This document shows, one piece after another, positions 25,561 to 39,243 of a DNA stretch of 64,000 nt. Made by a program: the position numbers and the translations under genes. Source of the DNA: Setoptus koraiensis (lineage: Eukaryota > Animalia > Arthropoda); the NCBI GenBank assembly GCA_048013815.1, contig CM106585.1:744001-808000 (forward strand), in the 5' to 3' direction. The notes under the pieces were generated by a model. The model saw only the letters and a program-made list of their open reading frames with translations. It made no database searches and had not been told where the DNA came from. Every line of letters begins with the position of its first letter. Position 1 is the first letter of the stretch.

Positions 25561-28400
25561 GTTTTCCTTAATAGCCTTCGTTTTAACATGTTTTCGAGCC
25601 TCATAGTTTAGGCAGAAAACACACAACAAATACACACAGAGAAAACTGGTGGAAACGATCAGAGCGCACACTGAAAATTACATCAAGACTTGTAGTAATC
25701 TGTTCAAAAATGCACTGGACAGTCGTTGGAATTGGTGAGGATTTTGAGAAAACATGCTACCATTGTTATCTTGATTGATAATGGTTTATAGGACCAACTT
25801 TGAATGCGTGATGCTAGTTTTGTTTACAATAGAATTGCATAAATATTCAGCAGCATGCCCCTTCCGGAATCCAATTATCTGGCTAGAGCATTGGCTTATT
25901 AACTGAAATATTCCAGATAAATTATTCAGATGGTGGTGTGGTTGAAGTCTGTTTCTGGTTATTGCTAGACAGAATAAATAACTATTCTTGCGAGGAATAG
26001 TCTGAAATCCTAGCTATTTCTGGTAGATAAGTAGCTGTGATCCGAGAGGCTACCTATCTACTAGAAATAGATGCCTTCGAAAATCAGGTAGATATAATTA
26101 CAAATAAAGATTTGCGTTCGTGGCCTCCCTGAAATCTAAAAATAGAATTCGCTCAACTTGATTATACCGGAACTTTCGCTTTACAATCTCAGCCAGCCAC
26201 ACTCGCGGGCAACAATTCTTTTTTCTCTAACACTACTGTATATTTGATCCCAGACCAAACTGTTTTGCTAAAACTATCCGCCTCTTAGAATCACCTGTTC
26301 AATGAGAAAAATCTTTCGAATCCAACATATCCTAATTCTAATCCATGGTACATGATTTCGGCAAAAATGTGACACTGCTAGCAGTCTACTACTTAAATCG
26401 GTTATGTGGGTCGAAACGAATATGTTTCAAAGGATGCATGTCCATTATATGCATGATGATCGCTCATACAAGTATACAAGTATTCAGTTCTCGCATAAAC
26501 AAAACCAAGTCGGTTGGCAACTGATTCTTCTTCCGACCCTAATTATCACGAACAACAAAACATGGTGGTTGATTAGCGCATAAATAAGCAAAAATTGTGA
26601 ATCGTTAACCAGATATGGCCCATTTGAATGTCATACTAATGGATCAGCGCCATTACGCAATGCAACGAGGCTTGTTGATTGGGACTGGTTTGTTTGAATC
26701 GTTAGTTGTGATGCATGAGTAGTTAAGAAGAAAAGAGTTCGAGCAATGCATAAATCGTATGTCTCTCGTTGAACAGTATTCAAAAAGGTGACCTTGATTT
26801 TGATACAACCCTTGCCAGCAAAAATCCACACTAATGATACTTGATGAGAATAACAATCACACACATACACACACATAATAATTGTTGTCGCCAGACAGTC
26901 ACAAGCGCTAATGGTCGCTGCTACGATAGCGAGCAACGTAATCGTGATTTGGCTAAAACCATAGGCCAGATTTTGTTGGCTTTCTCGTTAAATTAGGTTG
27001 AATTTCGCTGGGAACGTGTGGTGAATCACCGAAAGTAACCCAAAAACAGGAGCCGATTTGTCTGGTTTCGCGCTAATGATGACCGGTTTGTTTGTTTGTC
27101 TCTCTAACATCACCACCAACAAGATTAGCAAGATAAGTAACGCAATAGTGTGCAGACACATTTGGTTGGCTTGTCTGTCTGGTAGACTCACAAAGTTAGT
27201 AAAGAGGATCACTGACACAGACTAGATTGATGATTGTTATTAAGGCTCTTATCCAAATAATAAATGGGCTAATGGAGAGTCCGAAGTGCTAGATTGCTGT
27301 CTATGATGACACCAGCATTAACTTGGACTCATCTCATACGCCATGCTCGTATTTTTGCTCAGCTGTCTTCCCGAGACAGATTTTCAGTCAGATCTTAGTG
27401 GTCGGGATGGCTAACACCATCAGTCAAATTCTTCTGATCTGGATCTTATTGAATTGGCACGATTTGACCTTTTATGTCAGTCAGTACCGAATACTGATCA
27501 GTGATTAGTAGTACGCCATTCGTCGCTGAATTGGTTCCTCATGAAGGTCCACCAAGCCACACTCTATCATCACAAGAGAAAAGTATAGATTCTGTCTATC
27601 TCTCTAGCCACTACAATTATCAGCCAATTGAACTTTAGGTTTATTGGCACTTATGATAGAAGCAAAGACCAACCAAATACCACTGAGCAGAAATTCGGTG
27701 GTCTCTCTACCATATATGAAGAGAGCATCTGTCCTGCCATGGACGGTATTCGAGATGGGGCCCCACTCCAAATCTAATGAACAATGCTCAGTGGTTGTCG
27801 GAGTAGATAGAGCATAAGTTCTCGACTGTTTCGTCGGGTTTTATTATATTTCAGGTATTTCATCTGTTTCGTTTGTTTCATTCTATCTCATTCAGGTTAT
27901 CGTTACTATCATTAGTTCCTCACCATGAATCTGGCTTAACACAAATACCAAGTCCGTATCCGTGAGCTTTATATTACACTATTGACTTTGCCGTTCAGTA
28001 AGCTCTGTTTGTTCCTAGAATAAGTTGAGTGTTTATCTTCTTATTGTCTGTGCCATATTTGCCAATGTCGATCAGCTCCAATTCGAACAGCCATTAGAGT
28101 GACATCAATAGGCAGAAGATGCTCTCTGGTAGAAAATTCTATGTCCGACGAAAGGTCGCAACTGAACTTCAAGTTAACTTCAAAACTAGCTGAAATTTCT
28201 CGGCGAAATTGTCAAATATCGATTAGAAAATTTTTCCAACTATTGGGGTCGGGAATCTGGTCAATGAAGTTGTGTTCGTTGTAAAATAGTAGTGTATTTT
28301 CCGAAATGATCTTGTTTCCGCTCAAAGAAAAAATCGCAGAAATGAAGTCTCGCAGTAAAAAAATCAGTGAACGAATTCATTCGAATACTTCACTCATCAC

Positions 28401-28924
28401 TAGGGTAGGGCAAATCGGTCACTAAAATCAACCAAAATCGGTTCACATGGGAGCAAATATAGCATTTTTTCGGTTTTTTCGTTTTTTTGGGGTCTCGATA
28501 CTTTTGAAAAAACATATACAATGAGTGCAGGGTGCGTCGAGAATCGATGGTTTTGTTGCGTTTTCCGACAGAGAGCTTAATATCAGCGCGACTTTGTTAG
28601 GCTCACCGAAGTCAATAAATATCACAAGTGATCAGTGATCAATTGCCCAGTAACCGACTCTCGGAAACCCCAGCAGGGCAGCTTTTCTTTATAATTTGGG
28701 CTAAATTTCTACTCTTTTCCATGAAAACCATCCGTATTTCGGTCCCTATGTGCAAGTTGGTGAAAATCGGTGATTATGAGGAAAATGGGTTGAATTTCGG
28801 TTTTTCGGTGACCACAAATACGTCTCAAAATCATCCTTATGATAAGAATGACCCGCTAGAAAATTCTTAGGGTTTTTGCCATACACAGGAATAGTTCGGC
28901 TCGGAACCGATTTGCCCTACCCTA
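28401..28924. mobile_element. hAT-type MITE (524 bp) with perfect 19-bp TIRs and 8-bp target-site duplication
   Basis: TIRs TAGGGTAGGGCAAATCGGT (28401-28419) and ACCGATTTGCCCTACCCTA (28906-28924). Identical TSD CTCATCAC at 28393-28400 and 28925-28932. Internal AAATCGGT/TTTCGGT subterminal repeats, no transposase ORF. An 8-bp TSD and a (T/C)A(A/G)NG start are hAT hallmarks. Confidence 0.95.
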
Positions 28925-30447
28925 CTCATCACTTATTAAGCGCCAAGTCACCCCATGGTACAGTTTCGAGAAAACTATTCATTGGATCTCTCAAAAGTTA
29001 CCATTCTACTAGTACCCTGGGTAACCAATTGCTTTGTGTGCATACAGGTTAGGTACAGTTTATATTCCAACACTATTCGTGTGTAGGCTACACATTCTCA
29101 ACACAATCGCCCGAATCGGCAAGAGAGGAATTTCAGAGAAGAATCGTAAAGTGTCCACCAGAGGGCCCCGCTTATTGGTGGAAAAAGAGATAAAATACAG
29201 TTTTCAGCTACTTTCAAACCCTTTTTCACTTTCAGCCTTTCATTTCGGAACAAAAGCTCCTATGTTCAAAATGAAAGTGATGCGCTCTAAACTTTCTAAC
29301 TGGAACGCTAATTTTATGCAAAGTAGCGAGTAGTTTTTGAAAGCAATTAGTAGACATCTCTTTTATTTGGATCTTCTCAGCGTTAGTCTGCTTCTCTCTT
29401 GGAACAAAACAAAACTCTCTCTATCTATACACACTCACACCGCGTATATATGGCTACACACGAGTGGCTGCAGGCATAAGACACGATCACCCCGCATTCA
29501 CAAGTCTCACTCAAAGCCGCCCAAAATGTCGAGCTAACAAGGTCGTAATGGTGAAGTGTTCGAATCGAAGTCAACCTTAAGTCAACCGTTGTTTCACTTA
29601 AGAGCGACTCAGGATTAGAATTAGCTCTGGGCTGACAAATTCACATTTGCATTCTACTTTTGTTTGCTGGCTACATCATTGCTAATCTTCCTTGAATGAT
29701 TTACTAACAACGGCTGCTAGTTTGTTAACTCGAACAAAGTTAGGGTTGAACCTTTACGGAGCATACTGATCTAGTTAAAATGTCTGGTACTTTAGGTGGA
29801 TGCTTGCTATTTTTTAAGGAATCTATCGACGGAAACATTGTGTCGATCACCAATCAATTGTTATGCATGTTGCCGCTTACTCAACGAGGCATGAAACGGG
29901 TTATCAACTGATCCATTTTTCACAGGCTGGAAATCATGGGATTAACCAGGGTGATTAATGCAGTCAATGTCATGGAAAAAATTCCACTTGAGAAACCCAC
30001 ACATAAGAATTGTCTGATAGAATTCAAGCATGTAACAAACGATAGGAAACATCTAGAGGGTTCTCGAAACCAAATGGCCAACAAAAATCGTGCGTAACCC
30101 TTTGTCACGGTCCATTAGTTTTGACAGCATGCTGAGCGATGGGAGAAAATCAATGGACTGACTTAATAGACAAACACGCTCTTATCACAACCAGTGATAA
30201 AAGAGGTCATATAGAGTGAGTATAACTTAATCTGCCGAATAATTAAAACGAAGCAAGTGCTTGTCCCGATTGGATATCTTTCTTCAATAATTTTTCAGGC
30301 GCAAGACGAATTTGTGTTAGGCCTCATCACCCAGGCAAGTCTTTCAAAACTATGCGATCAGATTTAGTCGTTCGAAATTAACTCTATTCGCATCATTAAG
30401 TCTCAACTTCCTGTTAAAATTGAATATCGGTTTTCATTGTGGTTTAC

Positions 30448-30765
30448 TTACAATGTAGTATGATTGGTGCTATTGCTAGCAGTAGAGCTGATATTTTTGG
30501 ACAATGACATGTTGGCTGTCAGATTGGTGAATGCTGATTGCATAGTTGCATTGGCGATCATAGTCAATGTATCGTTGGGATTGGTTCTCGAAATCATGTT
30601 CGAATAAGTCAACACAACACTGATGATGATACTATAATTGATGGTTATATCATAAAATTCGACTAGGTAAAGTTTGTCCAAGGTTGCTAAAAATATTTGT
30701 GGTTGATTTTGTACTTTTTTTTCAATGTACGATTTTTCTAAGGATACTATGGGTCTTCTCAACAT
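30448..30765 (-). CDS. Orphan 105-aa putative single-pass (type II-like) glycoprotein
   Basis: Central hydrophobic stretch (LYLVEFYDITINYSIIISVVLTYS) followed by a C-terminal ~45 aa with seven N-glycosylation sequons (NDT, NAT, NLT, NMS, NIS, NST, NHT). Confidence 0.5.
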   Translation of the reverse strand: MLRRPIVSLEKSYIEKKVQNQPQIFLATLDKLYLVEFYDITINYSIIISVVLTYSNMISRTNPNDTLTMIANATMQSAFTNLTANMSLSKNISSTASNSTNHTTL

Positions 30766-32605
30766 ATGTTTGGGACCATTTTCATCCTTTGTTGAGTAGA
30801 AAGAACTTTTTCATTGCAGTTTGTTGGTTTACATGCTTATAGGCTGAAGTTACGCATCCATTTGCGCATAAATTACACCTGACGTGTGCTTAGTGTAACG
30901 AATGGACGAATGCACCTATGCAATTGATTAACTTTTTTCGAATTGCCTATTTTAGCAAACAGAACCTCCAGCCATTGGTGATTAGTTTAGTTTTTTCTAC
31001 GGATCGATTCTTGAGCTGATCTCCCATGAATATGCAAACAATCATTGGTTGGTTGCACTTTACTGTTATTTATGTGAGCAAATGGATATGCAAACTGGAG
31101 ATAGTTCGATGAACAAATGTAGAAGAACTTAGATGTATCCCGAACAAACGTTAGTGTTTTTTTGTTGTCAATCAATGTAATTTATGTGTGCAATCTATGT
31201 TCAGTCTTCTTATTCCTTGAATTTCCTATCCTGTCGTTTAGCTGATGATACAGAATAAAATAGTAGAGACGAACGATTAGTATGTAATAAATGATATATT
31301 AATGAAGATTTTTTTTTCTCGTCACCACGCGAAAAAAATGACCACAGGTCATACTGTGGGTGGATCGGCGCGGGTTACAATTGACTCATGACCTTCGCTA
31401 TCTCCACGAAACTGTTCATTCGTATCTCAAGCGGCTTCTGGCCTTCATTAAGAAATATTGGGCAAAAATTGGTCTCGAGTAGCATTGGGATAAACATGGA
31501 TTCACAATCATGGTTTTCATGCAAAGGTTTGGATCGCAAAATTTTCTATTCTAGAACTGACTTTTGTCTGCGAAAATTGTATTTTCTGATCGGACGAATA
31601 GCTGGATTTCCTCAATAGATCTAAAAGACAGTGATATTCTTTTGTTCTTTATTCGACTTCCATCGCACTTGTTGATAGCAGAACCTTATTTTGTGTTGAC
31701 ACAAGGTGCACCATAGAATTCAAGAATGACATCCTACAGTTGAAAAACATTTACATTGAATATGTAGTGAGAATCCCTTTCCCAGTTTGATCGCAAAAAA
31801 AAATCGATCGAGTAAAGAAAAGAATAGGCTACATGAAGTCCTACCAAATAAGTTCAAAAATTTTTGAGCCTCATTAACTTGGCAGATATACTAAAACAGA
31901 AATGATATTCAGGAGTAAGATGATCTGCCCTTGGACGGACCGGCGTTTAAATTACATCACTCCAATAAAATCTGTCATTGGTAAAAAAGCTTGCCACTAC
32001 AATCGAAAAAGAATTCATGATTCTATTCTGAAGAGGACATCGTGCACACCAAAATATTTTTCGTCCACGCAGATGGGATGGTCAATTGGAATAATAGATT
32101 AGAAACTCATCGATAGTCGGATGGGCGAATACCGCTAGAGTTCTAGATTGTTCGAAAAGAAAACCGACTGTCTGAAATTCTGATCTAATCACAAAAAATG
32201 GAAAGGTTCAAGAGGGCATTCAGCAATCAAGTTGGAGAATTTTGACTTAAATATTGATGCTGATTATCGACTTTTTATCGCCACAACTTTCTCTAGAGAT
32301 TTAGTTTCACATTTATATTTTTGCAACCACGATGGGACGTTCTTTGCTCAAAATAGATTCTGTTTTGAACAAAACTAAATATGGCTCTTAGTTAATACAC
32401 ACAGTTTTGGTGACTCACATTTGTCTGAACTATTTTCACAAGTTTTATTCGCGCAAAAGTATAAATATCGTGCTACATCGTATTACATCAACCGTCTATA
32501 AAATTCAAAGAGATTGATAGAAAAACCAAGTTTTAAATACCGATACTCTACACTTATCCTGAAGTTAATTATTATAAGTAGTTGAGTTGCATTTTATGGA
32601 ATAAA

Positions 32606-33136
32606 ATGAAAATGGGCAACTACAAATTGTCATTGTTGATATTTTGTGCCATTGTTTGCTTCCGGGAGTTCGCCTATTCAAGTCCTGCATTGGAGCCGTA
32701 CACAATTGAAGAGCTTTTCAAAAAAAACTTGATCACCGTGAATTACGATATAGGAAAGCATTTTACAGATGATTATAGACTGAGATACGAGTTTGAATTT
32801 AGTGTTACAGATGATTCAAAAATTATAGTCAATGAAAGAGATTCGGAATGGAACCGAAAAATGTCCGATGCTCTAAACGAGATCAAAGATGCTAGATTGC
32901 GACAAAAAGATGCCATTCGTGACATGGTAGAAATACTTTTGGTCAATAATGACAAGGGTTTAAAGGCAAATGAATTTCAAATTTTCAGGGATTCAACTAT
33001 TGAATCCCTGAAAACTCAGATTCGAGAGGAGGAAAAGAAAATCACAGAAAACTATGCCCTTTGTCAAAGCCTCGACGATGAGGTCAATTCAAACTCAGAT
33101 TCCGATAAATTCCAATGGACGATAGAACAGAGATGA
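32606..33136 (+). CDS. Orphan secreted, largely helical protein (176 aa), intronless
   Basis: The in-frame ATG at 32606 gives MKMGNYKLSLLIFCAIVCFREFAYS-SPALEP, a signal-peptide pattern. The mature region is charged and coiled-coil-like (EWNRKMSDALNEIKDARLRQKDAIRDMVE; IESLKTQIREEEKKITEN). TATAAA boxes lie upstream near 32460 and 32497. Confidence 0.7.
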   Translation: MKMGNYKLSLLIFCAIVCFREFAYSSPALEPYTIEELFKKNLITVNYDIGKHFTDDYRLRYEFEFSVTDDSKIIVNERDSEWNRKMSDALNEIKDARLRQKDAIRDMVEILLVNNDKGLKANEFQIFRDSTIESLKTQIREEEKKITENYALCQSLDDEVNSNSDSDKFQWTIEQR

Positions 33137-33913
33137 AGGGATACTTCGCTAGCACTCCAGTCTATTACTCATAGCGTCTAAAAAATCTACATTTCTCGAC
33201 ATGAATGCTGATCACTGACATTGTGCATTTCGAAAGATAGAATAGGTGAATTGAGCGCATTCAGAGATTTATGTTGGCGCAGCAATCAGTGATAGATAAA
33301 AGTTTGCAAAAATGTGTTGGGATCAAAATGAAACGTAACAGTATAACTGCTATAACAGGAATTTCGGGTATATTCTATCAACTCTTTTGCATTTCCAAAA
33401 TAATTCTTTAGTCTTTAACTGGATTTGGTTCTAATCGAAAACTCATTCAGAAGTTGTTGAATTGACTTCGGTTTAGAACATCGAAGTTGATCTCTCTTGA
33501 ACAAGGTTGCTGAATTCATCGTGAAACTTTTATAGATTTTATACTCAGCTAGATGGCAATCTAATAATAGTGATATCCCATAATAGAGGAAATCTTACAG
33601 AAGAAAAATCGAAAATTAGATTGCCATCAACTGAAGTTTGTAGGTTAAACTGCTCGCTCAAAGGCCTAGTCGATACTATGATGATTTCAAATCCTAGGGT
33701 TGCACTGGAGCGCGATTTTGTGTTGAATTGATTTTTTGATTTCTTCGTAGAGCGAGTGTTCACCTTCGATTCCTGATCTATATCTGATTTTCACACCACA
33801 CAAAGCCTAGAGATTGATCGAAATTAGTGCTCAGTATTGAATTTGCTCTTTTCAGTTCAGAGGTGTTTCTTTTTCTTTGAATTCCAATCTATACAGCCCA
33901 AACAAGTTAATTC

Positions 33914-34151
33914 TAGTGTGGCGGCCTTTACTCAAGAATGAAGGCCATAAAGGCCACTTTAGGCCCATTTGGGTTTAAATCACCGGGCCGGAAGTGGCCT
34001 TTATTGCGAATAAAAGTCCGAATAAAAGCCTTTCTAGGCCCGGGCTTTAATTATAAAGGCCAAATGCCACTTTAGGGCCGTTCGGGCTTAAAGTGTCTTG
34101 TATTCATCATAATAAAAGCCATGAGTTTAAACCATTTAGGCCGCCACACTA
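33914..34151. mobile_element. MITE (238 bp) with perfect 14-bp TIRs and internal repeated GGCCACTTT/AAGTGGCC motifs
   Basis: TAGTGTGGCGGCCT (33914-33927) and AGGCCGCCACACTA (34138-34151). Internal 13-bp inverted pair ATAAAGGCCACTT (33947-33959) / AAGTGGCCTTTAT (33992-34004). The TSD is ambiguous: either TA/CTAG, or a decayed 8-mer (GTTAATTC vs GGTACTGC, 5/8). Confidence 0.85.
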
Positions 34152-36566
34152 GGTACTGCTACAAAAAAATTGATGAGTATCAAACTTCAAATCTCAACTA
34201 TACACTGTGTGAAAAAATCAAAATCAAAAGCATATCGCAACTCGAACCTCATATACTCACTGTTTCCAGCAATGTGTCTCCAATGAAACACTGTGATTGG
34301 AAATGGTGGAGATTCGAACAACTTTATGACAGCAGTGGACTGTCAAATTCTGACCCAATATTCTATTATTGATCAAATGAGTATCTGGTGTTCATGTCAT
34401 ACGTCGTCACACGATCGAGCTGGACAGTAGTAATGTTTTCTGCTTAATTATTTATTATTACTATTTATATTTCCCTACTTGCATCGTTATTTCTTTTTTT
34501 TTGTCTCTCAGTGTGACACAATTTATTGTTATTGCCTCAAAACCACAAATGTATTGTCTCACAGCTAAACGTTACTTTGCCTATTGCCTATTATTGCACA
34601 CACTAGTCAAAATTGCTGGTGATAATACCACTGGTTTCAGGCCAGGCTTAGATATTTATTGTTTGCCGATACCGTTATCGTTGGTGTGGAACTGGGCCCC
34701 ACTCGGGCGGGCCTATTAGCATCTTATTGGCAAAGTGTACATTATTACACTATTGTATATAGTGTCTGTGTTGAGAATCCTATTCTGATCAGCTCAAATG
34801 AGTCAATATAGATGCAATGGGTACTTGAGATAGATACACAGGTTTCACTTTGTGTTGGAAAAACAGTTGGGCACAAAAACTATTTCTAGGAGAATAGGTA
34901 GCGAGTGTTTTGGTAATAATCTGATGAGTTATGTGATGTGCTGGACGCGCAATATAATAGCAGTTCAAAGCTACATACCAGCAAATTCAACGGTGGTTGC
35001 TGCGTGGCAAACAAAATAAATTAGTTGTATCTTGTTGGTGTGTTGTTGTTAGAAAGAACGGCCATAGAAACAATAGTTTGTTTGTCTCTAGGCTAAGGTG
35101 ATGTAACAAATTGGCGTCTCGTTTGAAGTTTGCAGCGTCTGGATCTAATATTAATTCAACTGGGGGATCTATCATTGAGATCAATTTATTGGTAGGCAAC
35201 CATGACTCATTAAGCTGCCCGGCGATCGATTGTCATTCATTCGGTGGCCTCTATCGCCACCACCACTACCGCAGCCCGACAAACAACAAACAAAGTTTGC
35301 ATTACGTAGTAATATTTGTTGTCCGCTACTATTGTCTAACTACTAACAGCGCCAAGTACAGGTATTTTACCAATGCGTCTATTTATTAGTCTAGTGGTAA
35401 TATAATAGCAAGAGCTAAATCCATTGGTCCAATCATCTTGTCACATCTACACTTATATAAAAACTAAGATTAGTCCAGAAATAGAACACTTGGCAATTCT
35501 GGCGGATAAAACCTATCAGATGCAATATCTGGTCGTAAGTCACTGAAGAAATGATACAACTTCACTGTCGCCTAAAGTCGTTCAATTATAAGACATTTCC
35601 AGATGTCACTGTTATAGCTTGTCAGGATAAGATTAGTATTACTTAGAAGGGTCTTATAGCACAAAAGACGAGTGTCTCAAGTGAGTTGATCATCTTGGAA
35701 AGATCTTATCAATTTCGTTAAGAGAATAGCAAAATAGAATAGAGGCATAGTCACAAGTGGCAGCCACTAAAAGCGAGGTTTTAGCCACTGTTCGTGTGTA
35801 GTCGCTAAATGTCTTTATTCTGAGACTTTTCCTGACCGCTGCTTGCGTCATACAATTCATATGAAGATAATCATACGCCTGTGGCAATTTATTTCTGAGC
35901 GGCAAATGTTTTTTCCGACAACAATATGGGTGATAAAATCTGTGCTTTACATCACCCATCTATTGAACATTTTGATTGCATATTTCCACATACAGTTTTG
36001 TTGAATGGAATGGGAACAAACTGCATCAAATTATTCTGAATTAGATTGCAGGCCAGGCTTTAGAATCTCTGTTAGCTGAGCAATGATTCATTTAAAAGTG
36101 GCCTCTACTGAGCAGCCGTTGTTGGGTTTTCGGTGAATAAAAATAAATAAATAACGTTTTCGACAAATGAACTAAGGGCTTGTAATTTCATAATTGATTC
36201 ACCCGCTATTCTGACAGTGACGTGAGCTAGGACGAAGCTTTTAATAGCTGTTTTATCTGATTTACATAGGCCACCATGGTGACATGTACTCTACTTGATT
36301 AAGCGACGTAATAATCAATAAACACACGAGAGGCATACTAACCAGCAAAACAGTGCTTGTTTTCTGAGCAACCACTATGTACATGCAATGCACGACGCAA
36401 AGAATGAGAACAAATAACATATGTTATCTAGATTGATAACTTGCTCTGACGATGAGTAGATTTTTTGTTTGGGAACAACAACAATAGTAACAATTACTGC
36501 GATAAACGAGATTATTTGTTCAGCCCAGTTCACGCAATTTAATTGTCATGCAATGTAGATACAATT

Positions 36567-36680
<114 letters not shown>

Positions 36681-39191
36681 CAAGATGTAACTCATAAATA
36701 CATGCCATCGGTTGTGCCGAATAGTAGTAACTCAATCAATCGACGAGCTCACTAGATAGCGTTAGTTTATAGGAAACATGTAGGCGAGAGAGAACAAAAG
36801 AAAAAAGCAAAATCCCCAGGATGGCCCCTTTTATTCAGGTCGGTCGAATGGTCGTGGTCGTTGCTACCGCGAACAAATAAGCTGATGAGATGAAAGTATC
36901 TACTTATAGCCAGGTCAGCCTGTGAGCGTCAGTGATGCAAGTAGTTTCGAATTACGTAATCGATAGTAGATAGTGCGATTCGTAGTGCGCGCAATATGAG
37001 GGTGGTGGGCCGATAATCCGGTGAATTCGGCTGGCTCTAATTCACAAAATGTGTTAGTGCATGCTGGCACCTATAGCAGCTATACTATTTGTATCTATTA
37101 TTAAGTTATCAAAAAGAAGTTACTAGAGGTCAGTCATGATGATGACGATGATATTGCAACAATCGTGCAAATTTGTGCGTCTGGCTGCAAACAAGCTCCT
37201 GGAATTGCAACATCAGATATTATGACTACTGACAGTCGGGCCAAGATGCAGATCGGTTGAAAATGTTGATGATTATTCGCCTCTATGTACTCTATCATCG
37301 GGCCAGTCCACTAGGCAGCTAATGAATTATATGGCAATATCAGCTGTGCCAATATTCAGTGGTTCTGGCTCCAAGAGCTTGTTAGCTTGACCCTCGAGAT
37401 GGCTGGCTATAGGTGCTCGCAGGCACATTTGGTTGTCCCCTTTTCTCGGGCCTCGGGCTATTCCCGCCTGTGGGCGCACGTTGTGTTGTCACCAATGGAC
37501 CAATGGATTGGATATAACTGGGATACTGGTAGACAAGATCAGTGTCGATGAATGTCTGCATACGTCTGTATATATGTACATGTACCAATCACAAGATGGA
37601 TGCAGACAGACAACAATGAGACCAGCCAACGGATGATATATTATTCTTTTGGGTTTCGAAGCTCATACTTCTAAATTATTGTCAGATATGTCGTCGCATT
37701 TCTAATCATCAGCAACGTTTTCACGAAAAAACTCGACACAAAAAAGAGCTCATTATCGCTTTCATGCACGTTGCTTCTACTGCCACGAGATTTGCTTTTA
37801 CCAATCAAAAAAAAAAAGAAACGAAATGATAAACAAACTCTATACACATTGATGGTATCATAAAACCACTGTCATCGTCTGGTTAACAGCCGGACTAAAC
37901 TACAACTGGGGATAATCGAATCACAAATTGTACTCTCTTTCCCTAATGGAAACTATATAAAAAAGACTAACCAATTCGAATTAGATTCTGAGGGTTTGGA
38001 TGTGGTCAGATTGGGAATTGTTCACTGGCAGCACTTTGCGATTAGCCATGCGTTTTGTCGTTGCTGTTGCCTAGAGATGAATGTTTTCATTGTACAATCT
38101 GCTCCAATGTTCCAACAAAATGTGCCCTATGGTGCCTTCACTCGCATTCCTCTGACGATCATTATCATTCACTATGCTATTTAACTAATTATTTTTCTAT
38201 TCTTATCAACAATCAATGGTTATCCTGAATGTTATTGTGAATATTTCCACTGAGTGCTCGAACAGCTAACTAAGCACGAACATAGTGCATTGTTTGTTCG
38301 CATCTGCGCTGATGAACATGTGGATATGTAAACAAAATCCTTGTCGTATCTAATTGTGGTCCTCTTCGAAGCTAAGATGACTACTAGTCTGACTAGTGTG
38401 CTCAGATGCACTCATTACGTAGCGTGTGAGCAAGGTCGACTACTAATAACATGCATAGTCGGTATTTATGGAGAGCCTCTGGGGCGCATTTTCATGATCA
38501 TTCGAGGACCATATTAGCCGAAAGATGTTGCGCTGACCAATTTCCATCAGCTTGAGTGGCTATTCATAAACTTGAAACTTATTCACAATAAACAAAACAA
38601 TACCAGCAAGTGACTATTCAATTTGCATCCGATAGACAAAGACAACTTGATGGTGTGCACGATTCGATCCTCACCCAGAAACTGTTTGATTGAGATAAAT
38701 AATTGTCTCATTCTATCCACGTTCTGGTAGGATGTTGTGCTGAAACAACTAGAGCGAGCGATAGTTGACCCTTAGACGGCTGCTCAAATTCCATGAGTGT
38801 GAGGGCAACGGAAGGTCGGATCGGGTTCGGTTCAGTTCAGCTCAGTTGTGCTTCATTTAGAACGAGTCGCGATCTCATTATTCACTCAGCGCCGACATGC
38901 TGACTTTCTTAGAAATTTGAGAATCCAATGAAATTTTTGTATAGTTATCACAGCGTCAAGAAACAGAATACGATACCGGAAGTTCATAGATCACTCTTGA
39001 AAATAGAGAGAATGATGCTTGAACAGTTTTCTGTAAAATTACACCAAACAAAGAATGAGGCGCTCTTTATGCAAGTTAGTCGTATTTAGTCTAGATGGAA
39101 TGCATTTCCGAGTATATTCATCCGGTGATAGATTCATTCGTGTGCTCACTTCTTGAGACTGCTCAGTTGGCCCAAACTGTATCGGTTGTCT

Positions 39192-39192
<1 letters not shown>

Positions 39193-39240
<48 letters not shown>
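39193..39240. repeat. (CT)24 microsatellite
   Basis: Direct reading. Confidence 0.98.

Positions 39241-39243
<3 letters not shown>

Noticed and set aside
28290-28395. Possible additional TAGTGT-ended mini-element next to the hAT MITE
   Set aside because: The putative right TIR needs several gaps to align; too weak.
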